In this document: positions 29,801 through 41,486 of the stretch, in pieces | How positions within the stretch are numbered: position 1 is the first letter of the stretch | Layout of the letters: every line of letters begins with the position of its first letter | Origin: Bacteroidota bacterium | GTDB lineage: Bacteria; Bacteroidota; Bacteroidia; Cytophagales; ES-bin-26 | Direction of reading: 5' to 3' | Assembly (NCBI GenBank): GCA_040385915.1 | Contig: JAZKGK010000011.1 | Coordinates: forward strand, 555 to 64,554 | DNA length: 64,000 nt | The notes under the pieces: model-generated | What the model was told of the DNA's origin: nothing | Database searches by the model: none | The model's input: the letters and a program-made list of their open reading frames with translations, nothing else | Position numbers and translations under genes: made by a program

Positions 29801-32800
29801 TTAATCTTGCAACTCTTTTTTCTTGCGAGTAAACCGTTCTTTTGACTCAACCAGAGCTTCATACTCTTCTTTCGATCCTACGATAATATTTTCGTATTCT
29901 CTCAAGCCAGTTCCGGCGGGTATCAGATGGCCTACAATTACATTTTCCTTCAAGCCTAATAAGTAATCGCTCTTGCCACGGATAGCGGCTTCACTCAAGA
30001 CCTTAGTAGTTTCCTGGAAGGATGCTGCAGAAATAAAACTTTCTGTACCTAAAGAGGCTTGAGTAATACCTTGCAAGGTGGGCTGAGAAACAGCTGCTTG
30101 CGCATCGCGCACTTGTACAACGCGCAAATCCCGTCGTTTCAGACTAGAATTCTCATCACGCAGACGACGAGAAGAAACAATCATTCCCGGCTTGAAACTA
30201 TCAGAATCTCCAGCTTCTACGACTACTTTCATATCTAGGATAGTATCGTTCTCTTCACGGAATGTGAATTTGTCCACGATCTGATTTTGAAGGAAACTAG
30301 TATCTCCGCCTTCTATAATTTCAACTTTCTGCATCATTTGACGCACAATTGCCTCAATGTGCTTATCGTTAATTTTTACTCCTTGTAGACGGTAAACTTC
30401 CTGAATTTCATTCACCAAATACTCCTGTACTGCCGTTGGCCCTTTAATAGCTAGAATATCAGAAGGTGTAATAGCCCCGTCTGAAAGTGGAATACCTGCT
30501 CTTACAAAGTCATTGTCCTGCACTAGAATATGCTTAGAAAGCGGAACCATATACTTTTTCTTCACGCCATCTCGAGATTCAATGAAAATTTCCCGGTTAC
30601 CGCGTTTGATACCACCATAAGTCACAACGCCATCAATTTCACTTACTACGGCTGGGTTGGATGGGTTACGCGCCTCAAACAACTCAGTTACTCGTGGCAA
30701 ACCACCCGTAATATCACGCGTTTTACCTATCGCTCTAGGAATTTTAGCTAAGATCTGCCCAGCTTTGATAACAATTTTATCTTCCACTGCTAAGTGAGCG
30801 CCTACGGGCATATTATAAGCCTTAGGCTCTCCCGATTTAGGATTCACATTTATAACTGGGTTTTTAGCTTTATCCTTGGTATCAATTACAACCTTTTCAC
30901 GATAGCCAGTTTGTTCATCAGACTCTTCGCGATAAGTAATGCCTTCTTCTATTGCTTCAAATTCGACAGTTCCATCAAATTCAGACAGGATAACGGCATT
31001 ATACGGATCCCAGATACAAAGTTCTTCACCCTTCTTGACCTTCTGGCCTTCCTTCACTTTCATGAAAGCCCCATAAGGTACGTTATTACTAATAAGTATT
31101 TTTTCTGTTCCTTCTTGTACTACCTTAACCTCACCAGTACGTCCCATTACGACTTCTACCTTATCGCCCTCATTATTAAGGGTAGAAACAGTCCGAACGC
31201 CTTCAAATTGAACAATACCATCGAATTTGGCTCGAATAGATGCATCTACTGCAATGTTGGAAGCTGTACCACCTACGTGGAAAGTACGCAAAGTCAACTG
31301 AGTACCTGGCTCACCGATCGATTGGGAAGCAATAACACCAACAGCCTCCCCTTTCTGTACCATTTGGCCGGTAGCCAGGTTTCGTCCATAACACTTGCCA
31401 CATACTCCTTGCTTCGATTCGCAAGTCAATACTGAACGAATTTCCACCGACTCAATGCTTGTTTCGTCAATTACAGCAGCAATTTCTTCAGTGATTTCTT
31501 CCCCGGAGGCAATAATCAATTCATTAGATAAGGGATCGAACAGATCGTGTACGGATACTCTACCCAAAATACGTTCAGATAGCGGCTCTACAATGTCTTC
31601 ATTATCTTTCAGGGCAGAAATCTGAATACCCCGTAAGGTACCACAATCTACCTCCTTAATAATTACATCCTGGGCAACATCGTGCAAACGACGTGTCAGA
31701 TAACCTGCGTCAGCTGTTTTCAAAGCTGTATCAGCCAAACCTTTCCGTGCACCGTGGGTAGAGATAAAGTACTCTAACACGTCCAAACCTTCTTTAAAGT
31801 TAGAAAGGATAGGGTTTTCGATAATTTCTCCTACTGACCCTTGAAGATTTTTCTGTGGCTTCGCCATTAACCCTCTCATTCCACCTAACTGACGGATTTG
31901 CTCACGCGAACCTCTTGCACCAGAGTGCATCATCATATAGATAGAGTTGAAGCCTTGCTGGTCATTTTCCAACTGCTTCATCAGCGTCTCTGTAATTTGA
32001 GAATTTACCCGAGTCCAGATATCAATTACCTGATTATATCTTTCGTTATCAGTGATTAAACCCATCAGGTAGTTATTCCAAACAGCATCTACGTCTGACT
32101 TGGCTTGCTCTACCAGCGCTGCTTTAGCTGAGGGTACTTGTACATCGCTAAGGCCAATAGATAAACCACCTTTAAAAGCAGACTGGAAACCAAGTTCCTT
32201 AATATCATCAAGGAAATGTGCTGTGCGCGACATACCCGCTATCTTAAAGATAGTAGATATAATTTGCTGTAGCTTTTTCTTGGTAAGCAGCTCGTTAATA
32301 AAGCCTACTTCTTCTGGTACGTTCTGGTTAAATAATACCCTTCCTGCTACGGTCTCTATAAGTTGGGTTACCAATTGATTCTTTTCATCCCTCACTTTTG
32401 CCCTTACCTTGATATGGGCATGTTTGGAAAGTTTTTTCTCATTGATGGCGATTACTACTTCGTCTGCATTATAGAACGACATCCCCTCTCCCATAACCGG
32501 ATATTCGGGAGTGCTTCTACGGCCTTTAGTTACATAGTACAAGCCCAACACCATGTCTTGAGAAGGTACAGTAATCGGAGCTCCGTTAGCAGGATTGAGT
32601 ATGTTATGAGAAGCCAACATCAGAATTGATGCTTCTAAGATAGCCTCGTGTCCCAAAGGAACGTGTACCGCCATCTGGTCACCGTCAAAGTCAGCGTTGA
32701 ATGCGGTACAAACCAGTGGGTGCAACTGAATCGCTTTTCCTTCAATAAGTTTGGGCTGGAAGGCCTGAATACCTAAACGGTGCAATGTTGGCGCCCGGTT

Positions 32801-34111
32801 AAGCATCACTGGATGGCCTTTTAGTACATTTTCCAAAATATCCCAAACAACTGGATCTTTACGATCCACAATTTTCTTGGCTGACTTTACAGTTTTAACA
32901 ATCCCTCTTTCAATCAGTTTACGGATGACAAAGGGCTTAAATAATTCTGCTGCCATATCTTTAGGCAAACCGCATTCGTGCAATTTCAACTCCGGCCCTA
33001 CTACGATTACTGAACGACCAGAATAGTCGACACGCTTACCCAAGAGGTTCTGACGGAAACGTCCTTGCTTGCCTTTCAGCATGTCACTAAGAGATTTCAG
33101 TGCCCGGTTTCCATCAGCGCGAACAGCATTTACTTTTCTTGAATTGTCAAATAACGAATCTACCGCTTCCTGTAACATCCGTTTTTCGTTACGAAGAATT
33201 ACTTCGGGCGCTTTGATTTCAATCAAACGCTTCAAACGGTTATTACGGATAATTACCCGACGATATAAATCATTTAAGTCAGAGGTTGCAAAACGACCAC
33301 CATCGAGAGGAACCAAGGGCCGCAATTCTGGGGGAATAACAGGCACCATTCTAATGACCATCCACTCGGGTCTGTTTTCGATCCGGGTACGGGCATCACG
33401 GAAAGCTTCTACCACTTTCAGTCGTTTTAGTGCTTCTGCCTTCCTTTGCTGAGAAGTATCATTGGCCGCTGAATGGCGCAATTGGTAAGACAAATCGTCT
33501 AACTCAATCCGAGACAATAGCATTTCTAATGATTCAGCACCCATTTTGGCGATGAATTTATTAGGATCCTTGTCGTCAAGTAATTGGTTCTCACGAGGAA
33601 GCTTATCCAGAATGTCCAGGTATTCGTCCTCCGTCAGGAAGTCAAGCTGGTTTACGCCATCTTCGGCTTTGATACCTGGCTGTACAACGACATATCTTTC
33701 ATAATAAATAATTTGGTCAAGCTTTTTAGTCGGTAAGCCGAGCAAATAACCAATTTTATTAGGTAAACTTCTAAAATACCAGATGTGTGCTACAGGTACA
33801 ACCAGTTCGATATGTCCCATTCGCTCACGGCGGACTTTCTTCTCGGTTACTTCTACTCCGCAACGGTCACAAATAATGCCTTTGTAGCGAATTCTTTTAT
33901 ATTTTCCACAATGACACTCCCAATCCTTTACTGGGCCAAAGATCCGCTCACAGAACAATCCACCCATTTCAGGCTTATACGTCCGGTAATTGATCGTCTC
34001 TGGCTGAGTTACTTCTCCATGCGAGCCTTCCAGAATAGATTCAGGAGAAGCCAGACTGATGGTAACTTTGGAGAAATCATTATTGAGCTTCTTATTCTTT
34101 TTGAATGCCAT
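29801..34111 (-). CDS. rpoC: DNA-directed RNA polymerase beta' subunit
   Basis: 1436 aa, with the zinc finger [23 protein letters not shown] and the catalytic NADFDGDQM. Confidence 0.99.
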   Translation of the reverse strand: MAFKKNKKLNNDFSKVTISLASPESILEGSHGEVTQPETINYRTYKPEMGGLFCERIFGPVKDWECHCGKYKRIRYKGIICDRCGVEVTEKKVRRERMGHIELVVPVAHIWYFRSLPNKIGYLLGLPTKKLDQIIYYERYVVVQPGIKAEDGVNQLDFLTEDEYLDILDKLPRENQLLDDKDPNKFIAKMGAESLEMLLSRIELDDLSYQLRHSAANDTSQQRKAEALKRLKVVEAFRDARTRIENRPEWMVIRMVPVIPPELRPLVPLDGGRFATSDLNDLYRRVIIRNNRLKRLIEIKAPEVILRNEKRMLQEAVDSLFDNSRKVNAVRADGNRALKSLSDMLKGKQGRFRQNLLGKRVDYSGRSVIVVGPELKLHECGLPKDMAAELFKPFVIRKLIERGIVKTVKSAKKIVDRKDPVVWDILENVLKGHPVMLNRAPTLHRLGIQAFQPKLIEGKAIQLHPLVCTAFNADFDGDQMAVHVPLGHEAILEASILMLASHNILNPANGAPITVPSQDMVLGLYYVTKGRRSTPEYPVMGEGMSFYNADEVVIAINEKKLSKHAHIKVRAKVRDEKNQLVTQLIETVAGRVLFNQNVPEEVGFINELLTKKKLQQIISTIFKIAGMSRTAHFLDDIKELGFQSAFKGGLSIGLSDVQVPSAKAALVEQAKSDVDAVWNNYLMGLITDNERYNQVIDIWTRVNSQITETLMKQLENDQQGFNSIYMMMHSGARGSREQIRQLGGMRGLMAKPQKNLQGSVGEIIENPILSNFKEGLDVLEYFISTHGARKGLADTALKTADAGYLTRRLHDVAQDVIIKEVDCGTLRGIQISALKDNEDIVEPLSERILGRVSVHDLFDPLSNELIIASGEEITEEIAAVIDETSIESVEIRSVLTCESKQGVCGKCYGRNLATGQMVQKGEAVGVIASQSIGEPGTQLTLRTFHVGGTASNIAVDASIRAKFDGIVQFEGVRTVSTLNNEGDKVEVVMGRTGEVKVVQEGTEKILISNNVPYGAFMKVKEGQKVKKGEELCIWDPYNAVILSEFDGTVEFEAIEEGITYREESDEQTGYREKVVIDTKDKAKNPVINVNPKSGEPKAYNMPVGAHLAVEDKIVIKAGQILAKIPRAIGKTRDITGGLPRVTELFEARNPSNPAVVSEIDGVVTYGGIKRGNREIFIESRDGVKKKYMVPLSKHILVQDNDFVRAGIPLSDGAITPSDILAIKGPTAVQEYLVNEIQEVYRLQGVKINDKHIEAIVRQMMQKVEIIEGGDTSFLQNQIVDKFTFREENDTILDMKVVVEAGDSDSFKPGMIVSSRRLRDENSSLKRRDLRVVQVRDAQAAVSQPTLQGITQASLGTESFISAASFQETTKVLSEAAIRGKSDYLLGLKENVIVGHLIPAGTGLREYENIIVGSKEEYEALVESKERFTRKKKELQD

Positions 34112-34214
34112 GATTTTGATGTACTAATGAGGTTGATGTGCTAATTCAGATCAGAGGTGTGAAAGTAGGTGGGTATTAGCAAATGAGATCGGCTAGTACC
34201 AACGCGCTTTTACA

Positions 34215-37200
34215 CTAATCCAGCGTAATTTCCAGAGCTAAGCCTCTCAGTTCGTGTACCAACACATTGAAAGATTCTGGAATATTGGGCTTCGGCATAT
34301 TCTCGCCTTTCACAATGGCTTCATAAGCTTTGGCTCTACCGATGACATCATCTGATTTCACGGTCAGAATTTCTTGCAATACGTGGGCAGCTCCGAAGGC
34401 TTCCAGAGCCCAAACTTCCATTTCTCCAAATCTTTGACCACCAAATTGAGCTTTACCACCCAAAGGTTGTTGGGTAATCAATGAATAAGGTCCAATAGAA
34501 CGGGCGTGCATCTTATCATCTACTAAGTGACCCAGTTTCAGCATATAAATGATCCCTACTGTAACAGGTTGGTCAAACTTATCACCTGATAAACCATCAA
34601 ACAGATAAGTTCTACCAAATGAAGGCAGACCTGCCAATTTCAGCTCAGTTATAACTTGGTCTTCCGTAGCACCATCGAAAATTGGAGTCGCATATTTCTT
34701 ATGCAGTTTTTCACCAGCCCAACCCAAAACAGTTTCATAAATCTGTCCTAAGTTCATACGAGAAGGGACGCCCAGCGGGTTCAATACGATATCCATTGGC
34801 GTTCCATCTTCTAGGAAAGGCATATCTTCTGCCCGGACAATTTTTGCAACTACCCCTTTATTTCCGTGACGACCAGCCATCTTATCGCCTACTTTCAGCT
34901 TGCGCTTCTTGGCAATGTATACTTTAGCCAGTTTTACAATACCCGCAGGTAACTCATCTCCTACTTCAAGCGTAAAGCGTTCACGCTTGAAACGACCCGA
35001 GATTTCATTACGAGTTTTATTATAGTTTTTCACCATTTGCACCAGCAAATCATTGGCATGCGAATCGTCTGTCCAATTATCCAGGATAATGTCAGAAATA
35101 AGATTCACTTCTTCGGCTACATTATAAGTGCTTTCGTCACGATAGATGTTCTTGTCGGGAAAAATGGCTTCAGTGATATTTTTCTTAGCAAATTTTGCTC
35201 CCTTTACCAACACTTCATCGCCGAATTTATGCTTGACACCTTGACTCGTTTTGCCTTCTAGCAAGATGGTAAGCTTTTCGATCATCACTGAACGTGCTGC
35301 GAGTAGCTCACGGCTATATTTCTTCATCAACACTTTCACTTCGTCCTTCGACTTTGCTCTTAAGTCCTTGTCTTTCTTCGGACGAGAAAAAAGTTTAGTG
35401 TCAATAACAACTCCCTTTAACGAAGGGGGTGCTTTTTTAGACGCATCTTTTACATCACCAGCCTTGTCACCGAAAATAGCACGAAGCAGCTTTTCTTCCG
35501 GAGTTGGATCAGTTTCGCCTTTCGGAGTGATTTTACCAATCAGAATATCCCCTTCTTTCACTTCAGCACCGACCCGAATGATACCATTTTCGTCAAGGTT
35601 CTTCACCGCTTCCTCACTTACGTTCGGTATTTCCGAAGTCAGTTCTTCCTCTCCTCGTTTGGTATCTCTTACTTCAAGTTCAAACTCCTCAATGTGCAAT
35701 GAAGTGAATATATCATCGCGCACTACTTTTTCACAAATAACAATAGCATCCTCGAAGTTATATCCTTGCCAAGGCATGAAAGCGACTTTCAAGTTACGGC
35801 CTAAAGCTAGCTCACCGTTATTGGTCGCATATCCTTCGCACATTACTTGTCCTTTGGTAATTTTGGTACCCTTATAAACAATTGGCTTCAGATTAATGCA
35901 TGTATCCTGATTAGTTCGACGGAACTTAATAAGTTGATATGTTTTCAACTCATCATCAAAGCTTACTAGCTTCTGATCTTCAGTCAAATTATATCTTACA
36001 ACAATTTTAGTAGAATCTACAAATTCAATTACTCCATCTTCTTCGGCAATAATCAAAGCCCTTGAATCCAATGCTACTCTTTTTTCCAGACCCGTTCCCA
36101 CGATAGGAGCTTCTGGACGTAGCAATGGTACCGCCTGGCGTTGCATATTAGACCCCATCAGCGCACGGTTAGCATCATCGTGTTCCAGGAAAGGAATCAA
36201 CGAGGCCGCCACCGATACAATCTGATTAGGCGCTACATCCATATAACTCAGTTTATCGGGTTCCAACACAGGGAAGTCACCTTCAAAACGAGCTTTTACT
36301 TTCTCATGTAAGAAATTCCCTTTGTCATCAATACGCGCATTAGCCTGGGCAATATAATGAGTATCTTCTTCTTCAGCAGTCAGATAGACAACTGCTTCTT
36401 TCATATCTACTTTCCCAGTTGCTATCTTACGGTAAGGAGTCTCAATGAAACCCATACCATTGACTTTTGCGTGTACACACAAGGAAGAGATCAACCCAAT
36501 ATTCGGGCCTTCTGGCGTTTCGATGGTACACAAACGACCATAGTGGGTATAGTGTACGTCACGAACTTCAAATCCAGCTCTCTCTCTCGATAAACCACCA
36601 GGCCCCAATGCCGACATCCTCCGTTTGTGCGTAATTTCCGCCAAAGGGTTAGTCTGATCCATAAACTGAGACAACTGATTGGTTCCAAAGAATGAATTGA
36701 TGACCGACGATAAAGTCCGGGCATTGATCAAATCAACGGGCTTGAAATCCTCGTTATCGCGCACATTCATTCTTTCTTTAATGGTACGAGCCATCCGAGC
36801 CAAACCTACGCCAAACTGAGCGTATAATTGTTCTCCTACGGTACGTACCCGCCGGTTGCTCAAGTGATCAATATCATCTACTAATGCTTTAGAGTTGATC
36901 AGTCCAATCAAATACTTCACAATAGAAATAATATCATCCGTCGTAAGTACACGAACCTCGGAGCCAACATCTAAGCCCAGTTTCTTATTAATCCGATAGC
37001 GACCTACTTCTCCTAAATCGTAACGCTTATCACTAAAGAACAGATTATGAATAATATCTCTAGCCGTTTGCTCATCTGGCGCTTCCGTATTCCGCAACTG
37101 GCGATAGATTTGCTCGACCGCCTCTTTTTCAGAATTAGAACTATCTTTTTGTAATGTATTGTAGATAATACTAAAATCAGCCACGTTTACATCTTCACGA

Positions 37201-38087
37201 TGCAGAATGATCGATTTAGTACCCGAATCCAGAATAGTAGAAATATCTTCTGCACCAATAATGGAATCTCTCTCCAGCAATACCTCATTCCGGTCAATAG
37301 AAACTACCTCGCCAGTATCTTCATCCACAAAATCTTCTGTCCAGGTACGAAGTACACGTGCAGCTAACTTCCGTCCAATAGTATTTTTCAGAGTCGCCTG
37401 CTTAGCATCTACTTCTTCTGACAATCCGAATAAATCCAAGATATCCTTATCAGAGCCAAATCCAATAGCTCTCAACAATGTAGTAACCGGAAATTTCTTT
37501 TTCCGGTCAATATAGGCGTACATTACGTTGTTTACGTCTGTAGCAAATTCTATCCAAGATCCTTTAAAGGGGATAATACGAGCAGAATATAACTTCGTCC
37601 CATTGGTATGTTTGCTTTGAGCAAAGAAAACCCCTGGAGAACGGTGAAGTTGAGATACAATTACCCGTTCAGCTCCATTGATTACAAATGAGCCCCGTTC
37701 AGTCATATAGGGAATATTCCCTAAAAATACTTCCTGCTCAATGGTTTCAAAATCTTCATTGTCTGCGTCATTACAAGAAAGCCGTAATTTAGCTTTCAGA
37801 GGAACCGAATAAGTCAGTCCTCGGTCAATGGCTTCATCTACCGAATATTTGGGTGGATCTACCATATAATCTATAAATTCCAGCACGAAATTCTCCCGAG
37901 AATCGGCGATGGGAAAGTTTTCAGAAAACACCTTAAATAAACCTTCTTGCGAACGATTCTCTGCGGGGGTTTCCAGTTGGAAAAAATCCTTAAACGATTG
38001 CAGTTGAATGTCTAAAAAATCAGGATATTCAATCACTGATTTGATAGATGCAAAACTTACTCGATCTACTTGATTCTGCTTAGCCAA
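34215..38087 (-). CDS. rpoB: DNA-directed RNA polymerase beta subunit (TTG start)
   Basis: 1290 aa: ...[25 protein letters not shown]... The first in-frame start after the upstream TAA is TTG at 38085-38087, and no ATG precedes the conserved N-terminus. Confidence 0.98.
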   Translation of the reverse strand: MAKQNQVDRVSFASIKSVIEYPDFLDIQLQSFKDFFQLETPAENRSQEGLFKVFSENFPIADSRENFVLEFIDYMVDPPKYSVDEAIDRGLTYSVPLKAKLRLSCNDADNEDFETIEQEVFLGNIPYMTERGSFVINGAERVIVSQLHRSPGVFFAQSKHTNGTKLYSARIIPFKGSWIEFATDVNNVMYAYIDRKKKFPVTTLLRAIGFGSDKDILDLFGLSEEVDAKQATLKNTIGRKLAARVLRTWTEDFVDEDTGEVVSIDRNEVLLERDSIIGAEDISTILDSGTKSIILHREDVNVADFSIIYNTLQKDSSNSEKEAVEQIYRQLRNTEAPDEQTARDIIHNLFFSDKRYDLGEVGRYRINKKLGLDVGSEVRVLTTDDIISIVKYLIGLINSKALVDDIDHLSNRRVRTVGEQLYAQFGVGLARMARTIKERMNVRDNEDFKPVDLINARTLSSVINSFFGTNQLSQFMDQTNPLAEITHKRRMSALGPGGLSRERAGFEVRDVHYTHYGRLCTIETPEGPNIGLISSLCVHAKVNGMGFIETPYRKIATGKVDMKEAVVYLTAEEEDTHYIAQANARIDDKGNFLHEKVKARFEGDFPVLEPDKLSYMDVAPNQIVSVAASLIPFLEHDDANRALMGSNMQRQAVPLLRPEAPIVGTGLEKRVALDSRALIIAEEDGVIEFVDSTKIVVRYNLTEDQKLVSFDDELKTYQLIKFRRTNQDTCINLKPIVYKGTKITKGQVMCEGYATNNGELALGRNLKVAFMPWQGYNFEDAIVICEKVVRDDIFTSLHIEEFELEVRDTKRGEEELTSEIPNVSEEAVKNLDENGIIRVGAEVKEGDILIGKITPKGETDPTPEEKLLRAIFGDKAGDVKDASKKAPPSLKGVVIDTKLFSRPKKDKDLRAKSKDEVKVLMKKYSRELLAARSVMIEKLTILLEGKTSQGVKHKFGDEVLVKGAKFAKKNITEAIFPDKNIYRDESTYNVAEEVNLISDIILDNWTDDSHANDLLVQMVKNYNKTRNEISGRFKRERFTLEVGDELPAGIVKLAKVYIAKKRKLKVGDKMAGRHGNKGVVAKIVRAEDMPFLEDGTPMDIVLNPLGVPSRMNLGQIYETVLGWAGEKLHKKYATPIFDGATEDQVITELKLAGLPSFGRTYLFDGLSGDKFDQPVTVGIIYMLKLGHLVDDKMHARSIGPYSLITQQPLGGKAQFGGQRFGEMEVWALEAFGAAHVLQEILTVKSDDVIGRAKAYEAIVKGENMPKPNIPESFNVLVHELRGLALEITLD

Positions 38088-38110
38088 GGTTTTGAAGGGT
38101 TAGGTTTACA

Positions 38111-38157
38111 GAAGAGAAAAGATTTCAACAGCCGTAACCATTAAAACTGTTGAAATC
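38111..38157 (-). terminator. attenuator-type hairpin between rplL and rpoB
   Basis: The minus strand reads GATTTCAACAG-N15-CTGTTGAAATC (11-bp perfect stem) followed by TTTTCTCTTC, about 25 nt upstream of the rpoB start. Confidence 0.55.
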
Positions 38158-38286
38158 ATAAAAAATATTTATTGAATTGGAGAAAGTACATAATTAATGA
38201 TATATAATTATGTACAAACAGGAAAAGACCTGACTTTCGCCAGGCCTAACCATAGGGGCTTTATGTTAAAAATAGGATTGGATCAA

Positions 38287-38670
38287 CTATTTTACCTCTA
38301 CTTCAGCACCAGCTTCTTCTAATTGTTTCTTCAGCGCTTCTGCTTCGTCTTTCGTAACGCCTTCTTTTACAGCCTTTGGTGAAGAGTCAACTAATTCCTT
38401 AGCTTCTTTCAGACCAAGACCTGTTAGGTCTTTCACCAGTTTTACAATCTGTAATTTAGCAGCACCCGCGCTTTTCAGAATAACATCGAAAGATGTCTTT
38501 TCAGCAACTGCTGGAGCACCATTATCATTTCCAGAAGAAGCAGCTGCAGCTACTGGCGCAGCAGCGGCTGGCTCTATACCATACTCATCCTTTAGGATGG
38601 TTGCTAACTCATTCACTTCTTTCACAGTCAAGTTTACCAACTGCTCTGCGAACGCTTTCAAATCTGCCAT
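38287..38670 (-). CDS. rplL: 50S ribosomal protein L7/L12 (bL12)
   Basis: [38 protein letters not shown]... Confidence 0.98.
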   Translation of the reverse strand: MADLKAFAEQLVNLTVKEVNELATILKDEYGIEPAAAAPVAAAASSGNDNGAPAVAEKTSFDVILKSAGAAKLQIVKLVKDLTGLGLKEAKELVDSSPKAVKEGVTKDEAEALKKQLEEAGAEVEVK

Positions 38671-38727
38671 TTGTATTGTAAGTTAAAAGATTCGGGATAA
38701 AAATATAAATTAAATTGGAAGCCTTAC

Positions 38728-39261
38728 TTATGATTCCTTTTCGGAAAGGGTTTTTAATATACCCGCCAGTTTGTTTCCACCACTTTGTAAAGCAGAGATC
38801 ACATTCTTAGCAGGAGATTGTAACAGACCGATGATTTCACCAATAAGTTCTTCCTTAGACTTCAGGCTAATCAACATATCCAGATTTTCATTACCAATGA
38901 AAATAGCTGAATCGATTGAGGCACCTTTCAGAATTGGTTTTTCACTAGTTTTTGCTTTTCTATAAGCTTTTATGAGAGCAGCAGGTGCTTTTCCGGACTC
39001 TGAAGAAAACATCACTCCAGAAAAACCAGTCAACACTTGATCATTAAATGAAGAGTAGTCCGTAGGAAGGGACTCTAATGCTTTCTTGATCAAAGTGTTT
39101 TTTACTACACGGTATTCAATACCTTTCTCAAAACACATCCGTCTCCAATTGTTTATGTCTGCTACAGTCATACCACCGGTATCGGTAATATAGAAGTAGG
39201 GATTGGATGCAAATTTTTCTTTTAATTCGTCAATAATGACGGCTTTTTCTTCCCGTGTCAT
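38728..39261 (-). CDS. rplJ: 50S ribosomal protein L10 (uL10)
   Basis: MTREEKAVIIDELKEKFASNPYFYITDTGGMTVADINNWRRMC... It starts 2 nt after the rplA stop. Confidence 0.95.
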   Translation of the reverse strand: MTREEKAVIIDELKEKFASNPYFYITDTGGMTVADINNWRRMCFEKGIEYRVVKNTLIKKALESLPTDYSSFNDQVLTGFSGVMFSSESGKAPAALIKAYRKAKTSEKPILKGASIDSAIFIGNENLDMLISLKSKEELIGEIIGLLQSPAKNVISALQSGGNKLAGILKTLSEKES

Positions 39262-39263
39262 GG

Positions 39264-39962
39264 CTATATTCCTGCGACTGTGCTTTTATCAATGTTTACA
39301 CTGGGACTCATCGTACTCGACAAATACACCGTTTTAACATAGGTGCCTTTAGCTGATGAAGGCTTCAGCTTCATCAATGTATTGAGTACTTCCTGGGCAT
39401 TTTCAGCAAGTTTCTCCGGAGAGAAAGATACCTTACCAATGCTGGTATGTATAATACCAAACTTATCTACTTTGAAATCAATTTTACCGGCCTTTACTTC
39501 CTTCACTGCTTTTCCTACATCCTGAGTAACTGTACCAGATTTAGGATTAGGCATTAAGCCCCTCGGTCCTAATACTCTGCCCAGCTTTCCTACTTTTGCC
39601 ATTACAGTAGGCATAGTGATTATAACGTCAATATCCGTCCAACCTTGCTCGATCTTCTGAATATACTCGTCTAAACCAACAAAGTCAGCTCCAGCAGCTT
39701 TCGCTTCGGCTTCTTTATCAGGCGTACACAAAACCAAAACTTTTACGTCTTTACCGGTTCCGTGTGGTAGGGCTACCACGCCTCTTACCATTTGATCGGC
39801 TTTGCGTGGATCTACACCTAAGCGAACATCGATATCTACTGAACTATCGAACTTCGTGTAAGATATCTGCTTAAGGATATCGGCAGCTTCCGCTAGTGAG
39901 TATGCCTTTGTAGGGTCATATTTACCAAGCGCGTCTTTCTTTTTTTTAGTTAATTTTGCCAT
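39264..39962 (-). CDS. rplA: 50S ribosomal protein L1 (uL1)
   Basis: [31 protein letters not shown]...[15 protein letters not shown]. Confidence 0.97.
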   Translation of the reverse strand: MAKLTKKKKDALGKYDPTKAYSLAEAADILKQISYTKFDSSVDIDVRLGVDPRKADQMVRGVVALPHGTGKDVKVLVLCTPDKEAEAKAAGADFVGLDEYIQKIEQGWTDIDVIITMPTVMAKVGKLGRVLGPRGLMPNPKSGTVTQDVGKAVKEVKAGKIDFKVDKFGIIHTSIGKVSFSPEKLAENAQEVLNTLMKLKPSSAKGTYVKTVYLSSTMSPSVNIDKSTVAGI

Positions 39963-40030
39963 TGTATATAAAATGATGTACTAACGTGCCATTTTTGCCC
40001 ACTCGGACATGACACTCCATCGTATTTGAA

Positions 40031-40474
40031 CTATTTTTCCCAAGGAGCACTACCTGCAACAGTTAAACCCATACTACGTGCAGTACCAGCCACCATTTTC
40101 ATAGCTGATTCGAGCGTAAAGGCATTTAAATCCGGCATTTTGGTTTCAGCTATTGTCTTTACCTGATCCCAGGTCACTGAACCTACTTTGTTACGATTAG
40201 GTTGGGCTGAACCAGCCTTTACTTTAGATGCTTCCATGAGTAAGATGGGAGCTGGAGGGGTTTTGATTACAAATTCAAAAGATTTATCTTTATAATAAGT
40301 AATTAAAACTGGTAACACCATTCCTTGCTTATCCTGAGTCCGGGCATTAAACTGCTTACAGAACTCCATGATATTCAAGCCCTTACTACCCAAGGCAGGA
40401 CCGATGGGTGGGGAAGGATTGGCTGACCCTCCTTTTACTTGTAGCTTAACATAACCACCAATTTCTTTAGCCAT
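40031..40474 (-). CDS. rplK: 50S ribosomal protein L11 (uL11)
   Basis: [43 protein letters not shown]. Confidence 0.98.
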   Translation of the reverse strand: MAKEIGGYVKLQVKGGSANPSPPIGPALGSKGLNIMEFCKQFNARTQDKQGMVLPVLITYYKDKSFEFVIKTPPAPILLMEASKVKAGSAQPNRNKVGSVTWDQVKTIAETKMPDLNAFTLESAMKMVAGTARSMGLTVAGSAPWEK

Positions 40475-40510
40475 TGTCTTTGTAATTGAATGTAAATCCT
40501 AGCAATACAG

Positions 40511-41068
40511 CTAGTCTTGCTTTTGCACTTCCATATAATTCAACTCAACAGGGGTATTTCTACCAAAGATTTTCACCATCACTTTGAGCTTCTTTCTTTC
40601 TTCCAAAACTTCTTCTACAACGCCAGTAAATCCATTGAAAGGACCATCCATCACCTTGACTGTTTCTCCTACGATAAAAGGCGTTTCTAATTTAGCATCC
40701 TGCTTATCCGTTTCATCTACTTTACCTAGGATGCGATTAACCTCAGATACTCTTAAAGGGACTGGTGTACGAGCGACACCTCCGTCGTTAGAACCTAAAA
40801 ACCCAATAACTCCTGGGATACTGGTAATAGTATGCAGTACTTCACCGTTGGATAAATCAGCTGAGATAATGATATAACCAGGAAAAAAGCTCTTTTCTCT
40901 TACTCTCTTTTTTCCATTTCTCATTTCATACACCTTCTCAGAAGGAATAAGCACTTGAGGAATAAAATCACTTAAGCTCTGACGCAAAATTTCCGTTTCA
41001 AGATAAGACTTTACTTTTCTTTCCTGGCCAGAAACTGCTCGCACCACATACCACTTTAATTCACTCAT
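40511..41068 (-). CDS. nusG: transcription termination/antitermination factor NusG
   Basis: MSELKWYVVRAVSGQERKVKSYLE... with the KOW motif (GETVKVMDGPFNGFTGVVEEV). Confidence 0.96.
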   Translation of the reverse strand: MSELKWYVVRAVSGQERKVKSYLETEILRQSLSDFIPQVLIPSEKVYEMRNGKKRVREKSFFPGYIIISADLSNGEVLHTITSIPGVIGFLGSNDGGVARTPVPLRVSEVNRILGKVDETDKQDAKLETPFIVGETVKVMDGPFNGFTGVVEEVLEERKKLKVMVKIFGRNTPVELNYMEVQKQD

Positions 41069-41090
41069 GTCTTAAGGCTTTTAGAGGGAA

Positions 41091-41288
41091 TTATTGACGG
41101 AAAAGATCATAGTAATATTGCATTCCATTTTTGAATGCAAAATCAACAGCCCCTACGAGTACAGCAAAAATCAAAGATGCGACTAGTACCAAGGTAGAAC
41201 TTTTCTGAAGTTCATCATACTTAGGCCAAGTAACGTTGCTTTTTATCTCTTCGTAAGAATCTTTTAGGAAAGCTAAGACTTTATCCAT
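41091..41288 (-). CDS. secE: preprotein translocase subunit SecE
   Basis: ORF 41091..41414 runs through the tRNA-Trp gene, so it is trimmed to MDKVLAFLKDSYEEIKSNVTWPKYDELQKSSTLVLVASLIFAVLVGAVDF (single TM). Confidence 0.9.
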   Translation of the reverse strand: MDKVLAFLKDSYEEIKSNVTWPKYDELQKSSTLVLVASLIFAVLVGAVDFAFKNGMQYYYDLFRQ

Positions 41289-41313
41289 TGATTTTCGGAT
41301 TAATGATGATGCG

Positions 41314-41386
41314 CACGGGAGGAGGGACTCGAACCCCCAGCCAACGGTTTTGGAGACCGCTACTCTACCAATTGAGCTACTCCCGT
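41314..41386 (-). tRNA. tRNA-Trp (anticodon CCA)
   Basis: The minus strand reads ACGGGAGTAGCTCAATTGGTAGAGTAGCGGTCTCCAAAACCGTTGGCTGGGGGTTCGAGTCCCTCCTCCCGTG. The acceptor stem ACGGGAG/CTCCCGT, the T-loop GGTTCGAGTCC and the anticodon loop CT-CCA-AA are all present. Confidence 0.93.
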
Positions 41387-41411
41387 ATGAAGCAGTTTCA
41401 AAAACGGACTG

Positions 41412-41441
41412 CAAAGATACTGCTTTTTATTTAACATACAA
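41412..41441 (-). promoter_or_regulatory. candidate promoter for tRNA-Trp-secE-nusG...
   Basis: The minus strand reads TTG-N19-TATCTTTG (the -7 box is at 41412-41419), about 25 nt upstream of the tRNA 5' end. The -33 TTG lies inside the tuf terminator stem. Confidence 0.55.
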
Positions 41442-41478
41442 ATGGGTTCCCGAAAAAGCCGGGAACCCATTTGTATGT
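41434..41478 (-). terminator. long perfect hairpin after tuf
   Basis: ACATACAAATGGGTTCCCG-aaaaagc-CGGGAACCCATTTGTATGT: a 19-bp perfect stem with no clean U-run on the minus strand (TTAAATAAAAAG). Confidence 0.6.
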
Positions 41479-41486
41479 TTGATTAT

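Noticed and set aside
30794-31435. 213-aa plus-strand ORF inside rpoC, with similar ORFs at 35251..35877 and 37207..37515 in rpoB and 33069..33452 and 33785..34144 in rpoC
   Set aside because: All are antisense to highly conserved RNA polymerase genes. They are Ser/Phe/Ile-rich shadow frames with no independent signals.
41289-41414. N-terminal 42 codons of ORF 41091..41414
   Set aside because: This part of the ORF is the reverse complement of the tRNA-Trp gene (41314-41386). The real secE starts at the internal ATG at 41288.
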